The notes: generated from the sequence alone by a model not told the origin. A DNA stretch of 64,000 nucleotides from Comamonadaceae bacterium (GCA_008080595.1 VIKI01000004.1:30212-94211); one strand, 5' to 3'; shown: positions 1-11,339, counted from the first letter of the stretch. Program-made: numbers and translations.

Positions 1-234
1 GTTGAAGCGCATGCCTTCGATGATGCCGGCGTAATCCGGGGCAAAAAAGGCGTTGACCTTCATGCCGGTCTTTTGGCTCATGTCGTCCAGAATCGGTTGC
101 CAGTCAGACTTGAGGTTTTGTGACGATTCGGTGGAGATGATGCCGAAATTGAGTTCTTTGAGCTCTTGTGCAGCCACCGGTGTGGTGGCCACTGCCACAG
201 CGGCGGTCAGGCCAGCGAGTAATTTTTTCAACAT
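1..234 (-). CDS. phnD: Phosphonate ABC transporter substrate-binding protein, 5' part (runs off window)
   Basis: Manual translation MLKKLLAGLTAAVAVATTPVAAQELKELNFGIISTESSQNLKSDWQPILDDMSQKTGMKVNAFFAPDYAGIIEGMRFN; signal peptide; follows phnC. Confidence 0.92.
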   Translation of the reverse strand, partial: MLKKLLAGLTAAVAVATTPVAAQELKELNFGIISTESSQNLKSDWQPILDDMSQKTGMKVNAFFAPDYAGIIEGMRFN

Positions 235-286
235 GTGAGTTCCTTCAAAAGAGGGTTGGAGAACAGGGGGGAATGGGGTCTTGCTT

Positions 287-1153
287 TCAAGCCGCAATGG
301 CCATCGGTGTCGGCCATGCGGAAGTCGGCATGACACGAATGGGCTTGTCTTGCAGGCTGGTGATGTGGTCACCCAATGACAAGATGTCGTCAGCCTCAGC
401 GCCGTAAAGCTCGCGCAGCAAGGCCGGGGTCAGCGCCACCGAGGGGCCGTCGTAGACCACGCGGCCATGGTGCAGGGCGACGGTTCTCGGGCAGTATTTG
501 ATGGCCACATTGACCTGGTGCAAAGACACCACCACGGTGCATTGGTCTTCGCGGTTGACCCGTGCCAGGATGTCCATCACCTTGCGGGAGGATTCGGGGT
601 CGAGCGAAGCAATGGGTTCGTCAGCCAGAATCACTTTGGCCCCTTGCACCATGGCGCGGGCAATGGCCGCACGTTGCTGCTGTCCGCCAGAGAGGGTGGA
701 GGCGCGCTGGGCGCAGCACTCCGCGATGCCCACCCGCTTCAAGGCCTCGACACCACAGCACACCTCGGCCGGTGTGAACCAGCGCAACAGGCTGCGCCAC
801 AAGGGCACACGGTGCAGGGTGCCCGCCAGCACATTGACAATCACCGGGAGCCGATCCACCAGATTGAACTGCTGGAAAACAAAGCCGATGTCAGCGCGTA
901 TTTGACGAATATTGCTGGCAATCTTGCCGTTTTGCTGGACTGTTTTGCCATGGATTTGAATCAAGCCAGGTGCAGCAGCGTCCCCGGCCATGAGCCCGGC
1001 CATATGCCTGAGCAAGGTTGATTTGCCCGAACCAGAGGCCCCAATGAGGGCCACCATTTCACCGGTTTGGATGTCTAAATGGACATCATCCAGCGCTTTT
1101 CGGCCGCTGATGAATGTTTTGCTGAGTGCATGGATACGGATGGCGGTCATCAC
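287..1153 (-). CDS. phnC: Phosphonate ABC transporter ATP-binding protein
   Basis: Walker [17 protein letters not shown] signature, [12 protein letters not shown]; upstream of phnD. Confidence 0.93.
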   Translation of the reverse strand: MMTAIRIHALSKTFISGRKALDDVHLDIQTGEMVALIGASGSGKSTLLRHMAGLMAGDAAAPGLIQIHGKTVQQNGKIASNIRQIRADIGFVFQQFNLVDRLPVIVNVLAGTLHRVPLWRSLLRWFTPAEVCCGVEALKRVGIAECCAQRASTLSGGQQQRAAIARAMVQGAKVILADEPIASLDPESSRKVMDILARVNREDQCTVVVSLHQVNVAIKYCPRTVALHHGRVVYDGPSVALTPALLRELYGAEADDILSLGDHITSLQDKPIRVMPTSAWPTPMAIAA

Positions 1154-1258
1154 AGGTAACTCCTCTGTTGAATGCCGTGACCTTAATAAGGCAATATGTC
1201 AAATTGATGTCCAACCTGCGCATCAGTACAGCCTCGCAAGTCCTGACACAATGTATTC

Positions 1259-3844
1259 ATGACTGTTCCCCATGTGTTGACCAAGTTTTTGACTAGCCCG
1301 AAATGGGTGGTGCTGCTGGTTTTTTTTCTGTCAACACTGGTGAGCGCCACGATGATCTGGCAGTTGGAGGGCAGCCGAATTGGTGCGGCACGTGCGCAAG
1401 CCTACGCACTGGCCAGTGACCGCGCCAATGAAGCGGTCAATCACCTGGATCGGGCCTTGTCTGCGGTCTACACCATGGCTGCACTGGTGCAGCAAGCGCA
1501 GGGGCCAGTGCTCAATTTTGAGTCAGCAGCCAGCAAAATGTTGCCCAATTACCCAGGTGTTTCGGTCTTGATCCAGGCCCCTGGCGGCATCATCAGCCAT
1601 GCCATTCCCCTTGAGGGAAACGAGAAAGCCATCGGGCTGAATCTGTTGCAAGATCCGGTGATGCGGGCTGAAACGCTGCTGGCGCGCAACACGGGCCAGC
1701 TCACACTGGCCGGGCCATTGGAGTTGCGCCAGGGAGGCATGGGGTTGGTGGCACGGCTACCGGTATTTATGGATCAGCCTGAAGACCAGGCCGCCTTCTG
1801 GGGCTTTGTCAACGTGGTGCTCAAATTGCCTCAGGCGTTGGATGCGGTACGCTTACCCGAGTTGGTGCAACGTGGTTTTGAGTACAAACTCTGGCGCGTG
1901 ATCCCCGAGAGCGGCAAGGTTCAGATCATTACCCAATCCAGTGCGCTGCCATTGATTGAGCCGGTGCGCAAAAGTTTTTCGGTGCCCAATGGCGGGTGGA
2001 CGCTGAGCGTAGCCCCCAAGCATGGCTGGAGCGACCCGCTAGGCTTTGCCTACAAAGCCGGTGCTGGGTTGTTGATTTCTTTGCTGTTGGCCTATCTGGC
2101 CAAATTGCAAATCCGCCAGTTGCTGCTGCGCAATGATCTTGAACGTCAGGTGCGCGAACGCACACTGGACATTCAGGAGTCCAAACGACAACTGGCCGCC
2201 ACACTGGATGCCATCCCTGATCTGTTGTTTGAAATGGGGCTGGACGGCCATTACTACACCTGCCACACACCACAGTCCCCGTTGCTGGCTGCATCAGATT
2301 TGGTAGGCAAAACGGTCACTCAAGTCATGCCGGAAGAGGCGGCTCAAGTGGTTCTGGCAGCCTTGGCGCAGGCTCAGCAAGACGGGTTTTCCAATGGACA
2401 ACAGTTGATGCTGTCTTTGCCCGATGGGCCACATTGGTTCGAATTGTCGGTGGCCAGAAAAACCGTGGCAACAGGTCAACCGCCCCGGTTTATCGTGATT
2501 TCGCACGAGGTCACAGCGAGAAAACTGGCTGAAGCACATGTGTCTCAGTTGGCATACTTTGATGCACTCACCGGGCTACCCAACCGCACATTGCTCAATG
2601 ACCGCATGACCCAGGCTCTGAGTGAGGCGAATCGACGCAAAGATGCCTTGTGCGTGATGTTTCTGGATCTGGATCATTTCAAAAACATCAACGACACACT
2701 GGGTCATCGGGTAGGAGACGCTTTGTTGATCACGTTGGCCAAACGCATGCAGGCAACAGTTCGTGAACAAGATACCGTCGCGCGTTTGGGTGGTGACGAA
2801 TTTATTTTGTTGCTGCCTGAAACCGGAGCACAAGGAGCTGCGCTGGTAGCGCAAAAATTGTTGCAGGCGATTTGTGTCCCGGTGACGGTGGAATCGCATG
2901 AGCTGACGGTGACACCATCGATTGGCATTGCCATGTGCCCAGAAGATGGTCGCGATGCCGAAAGTTTGTTCAAACATGCGGACGTGGCCATGTACCTGGC
3001 CAAAAAATCCGGCCGAAACAGTTATCAATTTTTTACCGCCGAGTTGCAGGTGGATGCCGCACGCGCCCTGTTGCTGGACAACGAATTGCGTCGCGCCCTG
3101 GAACGCCAACAGCTTGAATTGCACTATCAGCCCCAAGTGTCTTTGAGCACCGGCAAGGTGACCGGCATGGAAGCCTTGCTGCGCTGGCAACATCCTGATC
3201 TGGGACGGGTGTCACCCGCTGAATTTATTCCTGTTGCCGAACGCAGTGGCCAGATTGTGCAAATCGGCCTGTGGGTGCTGGAAACTGCTGTGGCCCAGGC
3301 TCAGCAGTGGCAAGGCATGGGTCTGGGTGCGCTCACCATGGCGGTGAATGTGTCGGCCGTGCAGTTTCGTCAAGCCAATTTTCCTGAGCTTGTGCGTCAA
3401 ACCTTGCTGCAGGCGAATTTGGACGCACAGTGGCTTGAGATTGAGCTCACCGAGAGCGTCGCCCAACAAGACCCCAGTGAAGCCATGAACATGATGGTGC
3501 AGTTGCACCAGCTGGGCGTGCACTTGTCAATAGATGATTTTGGTACGGGCTATTCGTCACTGAGTTATCTCAAACGCTTCGCTGTATCGCAACTCAAAAT
3601 TGACCAGTCGTTTGTGCGTGACATTTGTGACGATGCCGATGATCTGGCGATTGTCCGGGCCATCATCAGCATGGCACGCAGCCTGGGGCTTGGCACAATT
3701 GCAGAAGGTGTTGAAACTGCAGACCAGCTGGCACTTTTGCGCACCGAGGGTTGCGATGAGGTGCAAGGCTATTTCATCAGTCACCCTTTGCCATTAGCTT
3801 CGGCAACCGCTTTTTTACAGCAACAAAACAAGCTGATTTTTTGA
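1259..3844 (+). CDS. CHASE-PAS-GGDEF-EAL diguanylate cyclase/phosphodiesterase
   Basis: Two TM segments around CHASE-like GPLELRQGG region, PAS, intact GGDEF, EALLRW and DDFGTGYSS. Confidence 0.9.
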   Translation: MTVPHVLTKFLTSPKWVVLLVFFLSTLVSATMIWQLEGSRIGAARAQAYALASDRANEAVNHLDRALSAVYTMAALVQQAQGPVLNFESAASKMLPNYPGVSVLIQAPGGIISHAIPLEGNEKAIGLNLLQDPVMRAETLLARNTGQLTLAGPLELRQGGMGLVARLPVFMDQPEDQAAFWGFVNVVLKLPQALDAVRLPELVQRGFEYKLWRVIPESGKVQIITQSSALPLIEPVRKSFSVPNGGWTLSVAPKHGWSDPLGFAYKAGAGLLISLLLAYLAKLQIRQLLLRNDLERQVRERTLDIQESKRQLAATLDAIPDLLFEMGLDGHYYTCHTPQSPLLAASDLVGKTVTQVMPEEAAQVVLAALAQAQQDGFSNGQQLMLSLPDGPHWFELSVARKTVATGQPPRFIVISHEVTARKLAEAHVSQLAYFDALTGLPNRTLLNDRMTQALSEANRRKDALCVMFLDLDHFKNINDTLGHRVGDALLITLAKRMQATVREQDTVARLGGDEFILLLPETGAQGAALVAQKLLQAICVPVTVESHELTVTPSIGIAMCPEDGRDAESLFKHADVAMYLAKKSGRNSYQFFTAELQVDAARALLLDNELRRALERQQLELHYQPQVSLSTGKVTGMEALLRWQHPDLGRVSPAEFIPVAERSGQIVQIGLWVLETAVAQAQQWQGMGLGALTMAVNVSAVQFRQANFPELVRQTLLQANLDAQWLEIELTESVAQQDPSEAMNMMVQLHQLGVHLSIDDFGTGYSSLSYLKRFAVSQLKIDQSFVRDICDDADDLAIVRAIISMARSLGLGTIAEGVETADQLALLRTEGCDEVQGYFISHPLPLASATAFLQQQNKLIF

Positions 3845-3884
3845 GCCGAAAATTTTGACCCACCACTTCTCTTGACACACCACC

Positions 3885-4940
3885 ATGAATTACCAACCCA
3901 ACTCTACCCGTTACGACAGCATGCCCTACCGCCGATGCGGTGTGAGTGGCCTGAAATTACCGGCCATCAGTCTGGGGTTGTGGCACAACTTTGGTGATGC
4001 CACACCCTTGTCCACCCAGCGTGACATGTTGTGTACGGCCTTCGATGCGGGCATCACCCACTTTGATTTGGCCAACAACTATGGCCCCCCCTATGGCAGT
4101 GCCGAAGCCAACTTTGGCACGCATCTGAAGCGTGACTTCAAACCCTTGCGCGATGAACTGATCATCTCCAGCAAGGCTGGGTATGACATGTGGCCTGGTC
4201 CCTACGGCCAGGGGGGGGGCTCGCGCAAGTACGTGCTGGCCAGTTTGGATCAAAGTCTCCAGCGCATGGGTCTGGACTATGTCGATATTTTCTACAGTCA
4301 CCGCTTCGACCCCGACACTCCCCTGGAGGAAACCATGGGTGCGCTGGCCACAGCCGTGCAGCAAGGCAAGGCCTTGTATGTGGGCGTGAGTCGTTACTCG
4401 GCCAGCCAGACGCGGCAAGCTCACGCCATTTTGCGTTCCATGGGCATCACAGCCCTGATCCATCAGCCGTCATACAGTCTGCTCAACCGCTGGATTGAGG
4501 AAGACCTGCTCGATGCTCTGGGTGAACTCGGCATGGGCTGCATTGCCTTCAGTGCACTGGCGCAAGGACTGCTGACCGACAAGTATTTGAACGGTGTGCC
4601 AAGCAATGCCCGCATCAATCGTCCCGGTGGAGGATCGTTCAAGCCTGAATTTTTAAGTGACAGTAACCTGAAACATGTGCGGGCACTGAACGAGATGGCG
4701 CTGGCGCGTGGTCAAAGTCTGGCGCAGATGGCCACGGCCTGGGTGTTGCGTGATGCCCGTGTGACCAGCGCTCTGATTGGGGCCAGCTCAAGCGCACAGA
4801 TCATTGAGCTGGTGGGTGCGCTGCAAAAGCTGGATTTCAGCACCTCCGAGCTGGCCGCCATTGACCAGCATGCGATTGAAGGAGGCATCAACCTGTGGCC
4901 GCAAACCCGCGCACCAGGTGGATCTGGTTCAAACAAATAG
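3885..4940 (+). CDS. mgrA: Aldo/keto reductase, L-glyceraldehyde 3-phosphate reductase (YghZ/MgrA family)
   Basis: SLGLWHNFG, FDLANNYGPPYGSAE, YVDIFYSHRFDPDTPLEET. Confidence 0.88.
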   Translation: MNYQPNSTRYDSMPYRRCGVSGLKLPAISLGLWHNFGDATPLSTQRDMLCTAFDAGITHFDLANNYGPPYGSAEANFGTHLKRDFKPLRDELIISSKAGYDMWPGPYGQGGGSRKYVLASLDQSLQRMGLDYVDIFYSHRFDPDTPLEETMGALATAVQQGKALYVGVSRYSASQTRQAHAILRSMGITALIHQPSYSLLNRWIEEDLLDALGELGMGCIAFSALAQGLLTDKYLNGVPSNARINRPGGGSFKPEFLSDSNLKHVRALNEMALARGQSLAQMATAWVLRDARVTSALIGASSSAQIIELVGALQKLDFSTSELAAIDQHAIEGGINLWPQTRAPGGSGSNK

Positions 4941-6821
4941 CCCACGTGGATAGGCATAACCGTGCACATGGTGGCGGTTTTTACCCGCTTGCTTAGCCTG
5001 GTACATCGCATGGTCGGCCTGTTCGAGCAAGTCTTCTGATGTCATATCCTGCACCTGTGGATAAAACGTCACGCCCAGGCTGGCAGAAACTTGTAAACGC
5101 AAGTCACCCAAATACACCGGTTCACTGGCCGCTTTGAGCAATCGTTGCAATAGCGGATCACTTTCCTGTTCGTGCTCCAGATCCACCAGGATGGCAGCAA
5201 ACTCATCACCACCAATACGTGCCAACGTATCACCATCTCGCAGGGCTTGCTTCATGCGTTGTGCCAAACTGACCAACAGATGGTCGCCAGCCGCGTGACC
5301 ATGGGTATCGTTGATGGCCTTGAAACCATCCAGATCAATGTACACCAAAGCCAAGCGCAAGCCCCGGCGCAGCGTTTGCGCCATGGCTTGTTGTAAGCGG
5401 TCTGCCTTGAGTCGTCGGTTAGGCAAACCGGTCAAGGTGTCAAAGTGAGCCAACTTGTCAAGCTTGGCTTCTTGTGCCTTGCGACTGGTGATGTCAGAGC
5501 ACAGTGCTACAAAGTGGGTCGTCTGGCCCCGGTCGTCTTTCACGGCACTGATATGCTGCAGTTGCACATACACTTCGCCATTTTTACGGCGGTTCCACAA
5601 CTCACCTGACCATTGGCCCTGCTTGATCAGGCTTTGCCAAAAATTCGTGTAAAACATTTTGTCGTGGCGTCCTGAACCAAGTAAACGCGGATTTTGCCCC
5701 ATGAGCTCATCGTGCGAATAACCCGTAATACGGGTGAAAGCCTGGTTGGCCTCCACGATGGTACCGTCCGCTTTCGTGATCACAATACCTTCAAGAGCAT
5801 GCCCAAACACACTGGCAGCGACTTTAAGTTTGTGCTCATTGAGCTTGCGTTTGGTGATGTCACGAATGGATACATGCACAGCCTGCTGTCCATCAAACAC
5901 GATGGCGGTGCCTTGCACTTCGACCTCCACCGACGTGCCATCAAGCCGCAGAAAACGCGACTCAACCAGCGGCATGGTGGTACGGTGACTGATGATGTTG
6001 CTCAAGCGCTTGAGTTGCTGAGCCATATGATCAGGATGAATCCGGTCAGTGGTACAAGTACCCAGCAAATCCTGTGCCGTTTGGGCACCAAACAGTTTGA
6101 TCGCCGCCGGATTGACATACACGATGTGTGTATGTCGGTGCACCAAGATCGCCTCTGAGGTGTGCTCGGCCAGGGCCCGAAATCGGGCCTCACTCTCTTG
6201 CAGTTGCAGGGCGGCACGACGTTGCACCACCGCCAAGCTGGCTAGTTTGGCCAGTTGTGCCAAGGTAACCAGATCAAGCTCATGTGGGTTTTGTGGAGTA
6301 ATGTGGTACACCGATAACACGCCCACGACTTGTTGACCAGCAGCCAGCATGGGCTCTGACCAGCAGGCTCCCAGCCCAGCACGCGCTGCCAATTCACGGT
6401 ACTTGTCCAAACAAGGATGAGTACTGATGTCGCTCACAATCACTCGTTCGGCGGTAAATGCAGCGGTGGCGCAAACACCATGGCCACGGGCCACTTGCAG
6501 ACCATCCAGAGCCGAAACAAAATAAGCAGGCAAATTGGCGCTGGCCCCCAGCCTAAGGCAGGCGGTTGCGCCATCCGCAGCTTGTTCAAGCAGCAAAACA
6601 GCACAGCTCAAACCAGTTTGCAAACCGACAATACCTTGGGAGAGAACCCTCAGAACGTCAGATAAAGAGGCATCGCAAACCAAAAGCTCAAGCACTTCGC
6701 TGCGCAATTTTTCCTGAAGCGCGGTGGGCCAGCGGCGGGGGGGTGACTGGAGCTTTGTCATGCAGGCAAGAGACCTCATCAAAAACTGGTTAGGACACAG
6801 CGCAACAACCTGCGCAAACAT
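4929..6821 (-). CDS. GAF-PAS-PAS diguanylate cyclase
   Basis: GAF (CATAAFTAERVIVSDI), two PAS, ARIGGDEF; start codon uncertain. Confidence 0.88.
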   Translation of the reverse strand: MFAQVVALCPNQFLMRSLACMTKLQSPPRRWPTALQEKLRSEVLELLVCDASLSDVLRVLSQGIVGLQTGLSCAVLLLEQAADGATACLRLGASANLPAYFVSALDGLQVARGHGVCATAAFTAERVIVSDISTHPCLDKYRELAARAGLGACWSEPMLAAGQQVVGVLSVYHITPQNPHELDLVTLAQLAKLASLAVVQRRAALQLQESEARFRALAEHTSEAILVHRHTHIVYVNPAAIKLFGAQTAQDLLGTCTTDRIHPDHMAQQLKRLSNIISHRTTMPLVESRFLRLDGTSVEVEVQGTAIVFDGQQAVHVSIRDITKRKLNEHKLKVAASVFGHALEGIVITKADGTIVEANQAFTRITGYSHDELMGQNPRLLGSGRHDKMFYTNFWQSLIKQGQWSGELWNRRKNGEVYVQLQHISAVKDDRGQTTHFVALCSDITSRKAQEAKLDKLAHFDTLTGLPNRRLKADRLQQAMAQTLRRGLRLALVYIDLDGFKAINDTHGHAAGDHLLVSLAQRMKQALRDGDTLARIGGDEFAAILVDLEHEQESDPLLQRLLKAASEPVYLGDLRLQVSASLGVTFYPQVQDMTSEDLLEQADHAMYQAKQAGKNRHHVHGYAYPRGLFV

Positions 6822-7004
6822 GCGGACTTGAACAGCTAGTCCAAATTTTTGTGCGTTGTTGTTGGGTCATAACAAGTGTGAAGGATGATGGGTGTCGTGA
6901 TGAAATAGATGCCCTCACCTGCATCTTTGCGACTCATTTTGGGATCGTTACTCAGGTTTGTCTATCCCCCATTTGGGGGATATTGCGCGTATTGGAGCTT
7001 GGAA

Positions 7005-7572
7005 ATGTTTGAATTAGCTGCTATTGAATGCGCTGCCCAGCGTTTGCAAGCTCACGTGTTACGAACACCTTGCGTGGCATCACACACTTTGTCGGATATC
7101 ACCGGGGCACAGGTGTTTTTAAAGTTTGAAAACCTGCAGTTCACAGCCTCATGTGATGTTGCTTGAAGTAGAACAAACACTGGTCGAAGGTGCCGGAGCA
7201 GCCGGATTGGCCGCACTGTTGAAATGTGCTGATCGCTTCAAAGGCAAAAAGCTGGGGCTGGTGCTGTCCGGAGGAAATATCGACCCGCTGCTACTGGCTG
7301 CCATCATTGAGCGTGGCATGGTGCGCGCTGGCCGCTTGGCGCGCCTGAAGGTGAGTGCCCGTGACGTGCCCGGCACGCTGGCCTTGATCACTGCCACAGT
7401 GGCATCCGCCGGAGCCAATATCAACGAGGTGCATCATCAACGGGCATTCACTACCTTAGCTGCGCAAAACGTCGAAATCGAACTGGTGATCCAGACCCGT
7501 GGCCCTCAGCACATTGCCGATGTGATGACTGCCTTGCAAGTCGCTGGCCTGGACGCGCAATGTGTGCAATAA
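7005..7572 (+). pseudogene. Threonine ammonia-lyase (IlvA/TdcB-like, C-terminal ACT) with large internal deletion
   Basis: N-terminus ...FLKFENLQFTAS stops before the expected FKERG PLP-lysine and joins out of frame near 7150 to MLLEVEQTLVEGAGAAGLAA...SGGNID plus ACT domain. Confidence 0.85.
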
Positions 7573-7753
7573 CGCCGCCAATGAATGCTGCATTTTCCAA
7601 CTTGCTTTATGTCAATAGACGGCCAATTTTTGCTGTAACCGTCAGGTAACTGCTAGGCACTGTCTCTAAAATCGCAGGATTGAGTTGTATGGCCCGGAAC
7701 CAAGAGGGCTCGCTACTCTGCCTTTTTTATAACATCGAGAGGACTCATCTGCC

Positions 7754-9569
7754 ATGCCAAATCTGAATTTAACCGCGCCTAGTTTTGTCAAAAACACCAA
7801 ATTGATCGCCTGGGTGGCAGAAATGGCAGCGCTGACCAAGCCCGCCAATATTTACTGGTGCGATGGCTCCGACGAAGAATACGCCCGACTCTGCCAACAG
7901 CTCGTAGATGCTGGCACGTTCATCAAACTCAACGAAGCCAAACGGCCTAACAGCTTTTTGGCTTGCTCAGACCCCAGTGACGTAGCCCGTGTAGAAGATC
8001 GCACATTCATCTGCTGCGAGAAAAAAGAAAATGCTGGTCCGACCAACAACTGGATGGCCCCCGCTGACATGCGCGCCACACTGCAACCGCTGTTTGATGG
8101 TTGCATGAAAGGGCGCACCATGTACGTGGTGCCGTTCAGCATGGGCCCACTGGGTTCGCACATTTCACATATCGGGATTGAGTTGAGCGACAGCGCCTAC
8201 GTGGCCGTCAACCAGAAGATCATGACCCGCATGGGCAAAGCTGTTTATGACGTGCTGGGCATCGATGGCGAATTTGTGCCCTGCATGCATACTGTGGGTG
8301 CACCGTTGGAAGCCGGTCAGGCTGATGTGAAATGGCCTTGTAACAAAAGAAATCTGGAGCCACGGCTCAGGTTATGGTGGCAACGCTTTGCTTGGCAAGA
8401 AATGTTTTGCATTGCGCATTGCATCAAATATGGGGCGCGATCAGGGCTGGTTGGCCGAACACATGCTGATTTTGGGTGTCACCAACCCACAAGGCAAAAA
8501 GTACCATGTGGCCGCGGCTTTCCCAAGTGCCTGCGGCAAAACCAATTTCTCGATGTTGGTGCCGCCCGCTGGCTTCGACGGCTGGAAAGTCACCACCATC
8601 GGTGATGACATTGCCTGGGTCAAGCCACATGCCGATGGCAAGATGTACGCCATCAACCCCGAAGCCGGTTACTTTGGTGTGGCACCGGGCACCAACTTCC
8701 ACACCAATCCGAATTGCATGGCCAGTCTGGACAAAAACGTAATTTTCACCAACGTGGCGCTGACGGATGATGGCGACGTGTGGTGGGAAGGTATGGAGCA
8801 AGACGGTGGTGGCGTGCCAAACCACCTGATCGACTGGCAGGGCAACGACTGGACTCCCGAAATCGCCAAACAGACCGGAGCCAAAGCAGCACATCCGAAC
8901 TCCCGCTTCACAGTGGCAGCAGGCAACAATCCGGCACTTGACCCTGAATGGGACAACCCCGCTGGCGTGGCCATTGATGCCTTCATCTTCGGCGGCCGCC
9001 GCTCCACCACCGTGCCACTGGTCACTGAGGCCCGCACCTGGATGGAGGGCGTGTACATGGCCGCCACCATGGGCTCCGAGACCACTGCGGCTGCAGTCGG
9101 CCAAATGGGTGTGGTGCGCCGAGACCCGTTTGCCATGTTGCCGTTTTGCGGCTACAACATGAGTGACTATTTTCAGCATTGGCTGGACATGGAGCACAAG
9201 CTCGAAGAATTGGGTCACACCTTGCCCAAGATTTATTGTGTGAACTGGTTCCGCAAAGGAGCCAACGGCAAGTTTGTCTGGCCCGGCTATGGGGACAACA
9301 TGCGCGTGCTGAAATGGATGATTGACCGCATTGAAGGCACGGCCCAAGGTGTTGACACCATGTTTGGCGTTGCCCCCTTGTTTGATGAGCTGACCTGGAC
9401 TGGCCTGCCTTTTACTGCAGAGCAATTCGACACCGTCACCAGCATTGATAAGAGTGCCTGGGCTGAGGAATTCAAATTACACGACGCTCATTTTGAGCAA
9501 TTGGCCCACCATCTTCCCAAAGAACTGATTGACACCAAAGACGCACTGCAGCAGCGTCTAAACGGATAA
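7754..9569 (+). pseudogene. pckG: GTP-dependent PEP carboxykinase, frameshifted near 8345-8352
   Basis: Frame 1 ...KWPCNK, frame 2 [19 protein letters not shown]; the expected intervening ~11 residues are missing; FPSACGKTN and IGDDIAW present. Confidence 0.85.
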
Positions 9570-9595
9570 AGCATCCCGCGATCCTGCACGGAAAT

Positions 9596-9621
9596 GGCCA
9601 CTGCTTCCAGTGGCCTTTTTT
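9596..9621 (+). terminator. Rho-independent terminator after pckG
   Basis: GGCCACTG-CTTC-CAGTGGCC-TTTTTT. Confidence 0.8.
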
Positions 9622-9861
9622 ATGTCTGCTTGTTTCAACAAACAGTGCGACGTCTGCATCGCCATCTTGATACCCTCAGGAATGACCAGCAACAGGGATA
9701 TGGCATGAATACCCATCCATAGAATTCCACCCGTAGTCATGAACAGACCCATTCTGCACTCTAGATGCAAGTCACCTTGCAAGACTGACTGTTTCTTGAC
9801 TTCAGGCTACACATCAAAGCTACCTTTAGGTAAACTGACAACCCTTTATTAGGAGTTCCCC

Positions 9862-10281
9862 ATGAAGATTCTTTTGGCCGTTGATGGCAGTAGCTACACC
9901 AAAAAAATGCTGGCTTATCTGGCCGCGCACGAATTGTTCTCGAGCAAAAACGAGTACACCGCCTTCACCGCACAACTGGTACTGCCAACCCAGGCGCGCT
10001 CCGCTCTCGGCAAAGAGCTGGTGCACAAATACTACGAAGATGAAGGTCAACGTGTGATGGGTCCGGTCACGAAATTTCTGGAGCGTCACGGTGTCACGGC
10101 CAAGTGCAGTTGGAAAACCGGCAAGCCAGGTGAGCTGATTGCAAAAATGGCCGAAGAAGGTAAATTTGACCTGGTAGTGATGGGCTCTCACGGCCACGGT
10201 GCCTTGGTCAATCTGGTGGTGGGATCCGTGGCTACGCAAGTGCTGGCCAGTTGCAAAGTGCCCGTACTGATCGTTCGCTAA
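9862..10281 (+). CDS. Universal stress protein
   Basis: KILLAVDGS; VMGSHGHG-x-GSVA; VPVLIVR; AGGAG RBS. Confidence 0.92.
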   Translation: MKILLAVDGSSYTKKMLAYLAAHELFSSKNEYTAFTAQLVLPTQARSALGKELVHKYYEDEGQRVMGPVTKFLERHGVTAKCSWKTGKPGELIAKMAEEGKFDLVVMGSHGHGALVNLVVGSVATQVLASCKVPVLIVR

Positions 10282-10289
10282 CCTTCATA

Positions 10290-10346
10290 TATTTAAATTT
10301 GATAGCGCCTTGCGCAATGCCAGAAAGGCTTATCAGGCTGTTTTTG
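10290..10346 (+). repeat. Bipartite palindromic element R1 (between usp and argP, overlapping the argP 3' end)
   Basis: TATTT-AAATTTG-ATAGC-GCCTT-GCGCAA-TGCCAGA-AAGGCT-TATCAGGCT-GTTTTT. Confidence 0.7.
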
Positions 10347-11256
10347 TATGAGTTAAAACTATGTCTGCGGCTGTTTTCAGTGCTTGCGTCAAAGCATCAA
10401 GCACCGCAGACTCCAGATTCCAGCAGTGCCAGTACAGGGCCACTGGCAGCACCTGTCCTGGCATCAGATCAATCAACGCCCCAGAGCGTAAATACTCGCG
10501 CACCAGCAGTTCCGGTAACACACTGATGCCCCAACCATCCATCACAGCACGCACTTGGCCGATGGAGCTGGGCACATACATTTGACTCAGTGACACATGC
10601 TTGAGCCCACACGCATGGGCCACAAACTCAGACTGCAGATCATCTTTTCGATTAAACGCAATAAAAGGCAGTTTGCTGAAGTTATGAGCTGTCAGCCCCT
10701 CTGGGCATCGCTCGGCAGCAAAATCAGCTTGCGCCACTGCAACGTAACGCATCGTGCCCAGCGGAACCACTTTGCAGCTGCGAAGTGCTGCTGGCAAGGT
10801 GGTGACACAGCCCAGCACTCGTCCTTCACGTAACCACTCAAAGGTAAAGTCCTGATCATCGGTGATGATCTCCAGCCCCAATCCCTGATGCGCCAATGAG
10901 CCCAAGGCGGGCAAAGCCCAGGTGGCAATGCTGTCAGCGTTGATGGCGATGGAGATACGTTCCTCTTCTCCCGCCATGCCAGCTACGCCGGGAGCCATGT
11001 CTTTCAAATCACGCTCCAGGTCAGCGCGCAACAAGCGCATTTGCATGGCATGTTTGAGCAGCAAACGCCCGGCGGTGGTGGCCTTCAAAGGGCGACTGCG
11101 CACAATCAGCACCGTCCCGACCTGCACCTCCAGCGAACGCAAGCGCTGCGACACTGCCGACTGGGTGATTGACAATCGCACCGCTGCACGCTCAAAGCCG
11201 CCTTCTTCCACAATGGCCGCCAGGCATTCCAATGCATCAGGATCAAATGTGCTCAT
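10333..11256 (-). CDS. argP: LysR-family regulator, ArgP/IciA type
   Basis: GFERAA, ITQSAVSQRLRSLE, INADSIATW, LYWHCW; start moved to MSTFDPD because the ORF-track start overlaps the tRNA. Confidence 0.85.
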   Translation of the reverse strand: MSTFDPDALECLAAIVEEGGFERAAVRLSITQSAVSQRLRSLEVQVGTVLIVRSRPLKATTAGRLLLKHAMQMRLLRADLERDLKDMAPGVAGMAGEEERISIAINADSIATWALPALGSLAHQGLGLEIITDDQDFTFEWLREGRVLGCVTTLPAALRSCKVVPLGTMRYVAVAQADFAAERCPEGLTAHNFSKLPFIAFNRKDDLQSEFVAHACGLKHVSLSQMYVPSSIGQVRAVMDGWGISVLPELLVREYLRSGALIDLMPGQVLPVALYWHCWNLESAVLDALTQALKTAADIVLTHTKTA

Positions 11257-11339
11257 GGGTATCTTCAAATATCCGCTTATTTGGCGTTGCAGGCGCGAAT
11301 CGCGGCTCTCCCGGTGTGGCTCAATGTGCCTGAGAGAGA

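Noticed and set aside
1196-1217. Pho-box-like 11-bp direct repeat ATGTCAAATTG-ATGTCCAACCT upstream of phnC
   Set aside because: Weak match, and oriented opposite to phnC transcription.
8340-8360. Programmed ribosomal frameshift in pckG
   Set aside because: Conserved residues are missing at the junction, indicating a deletion rather than recoding.
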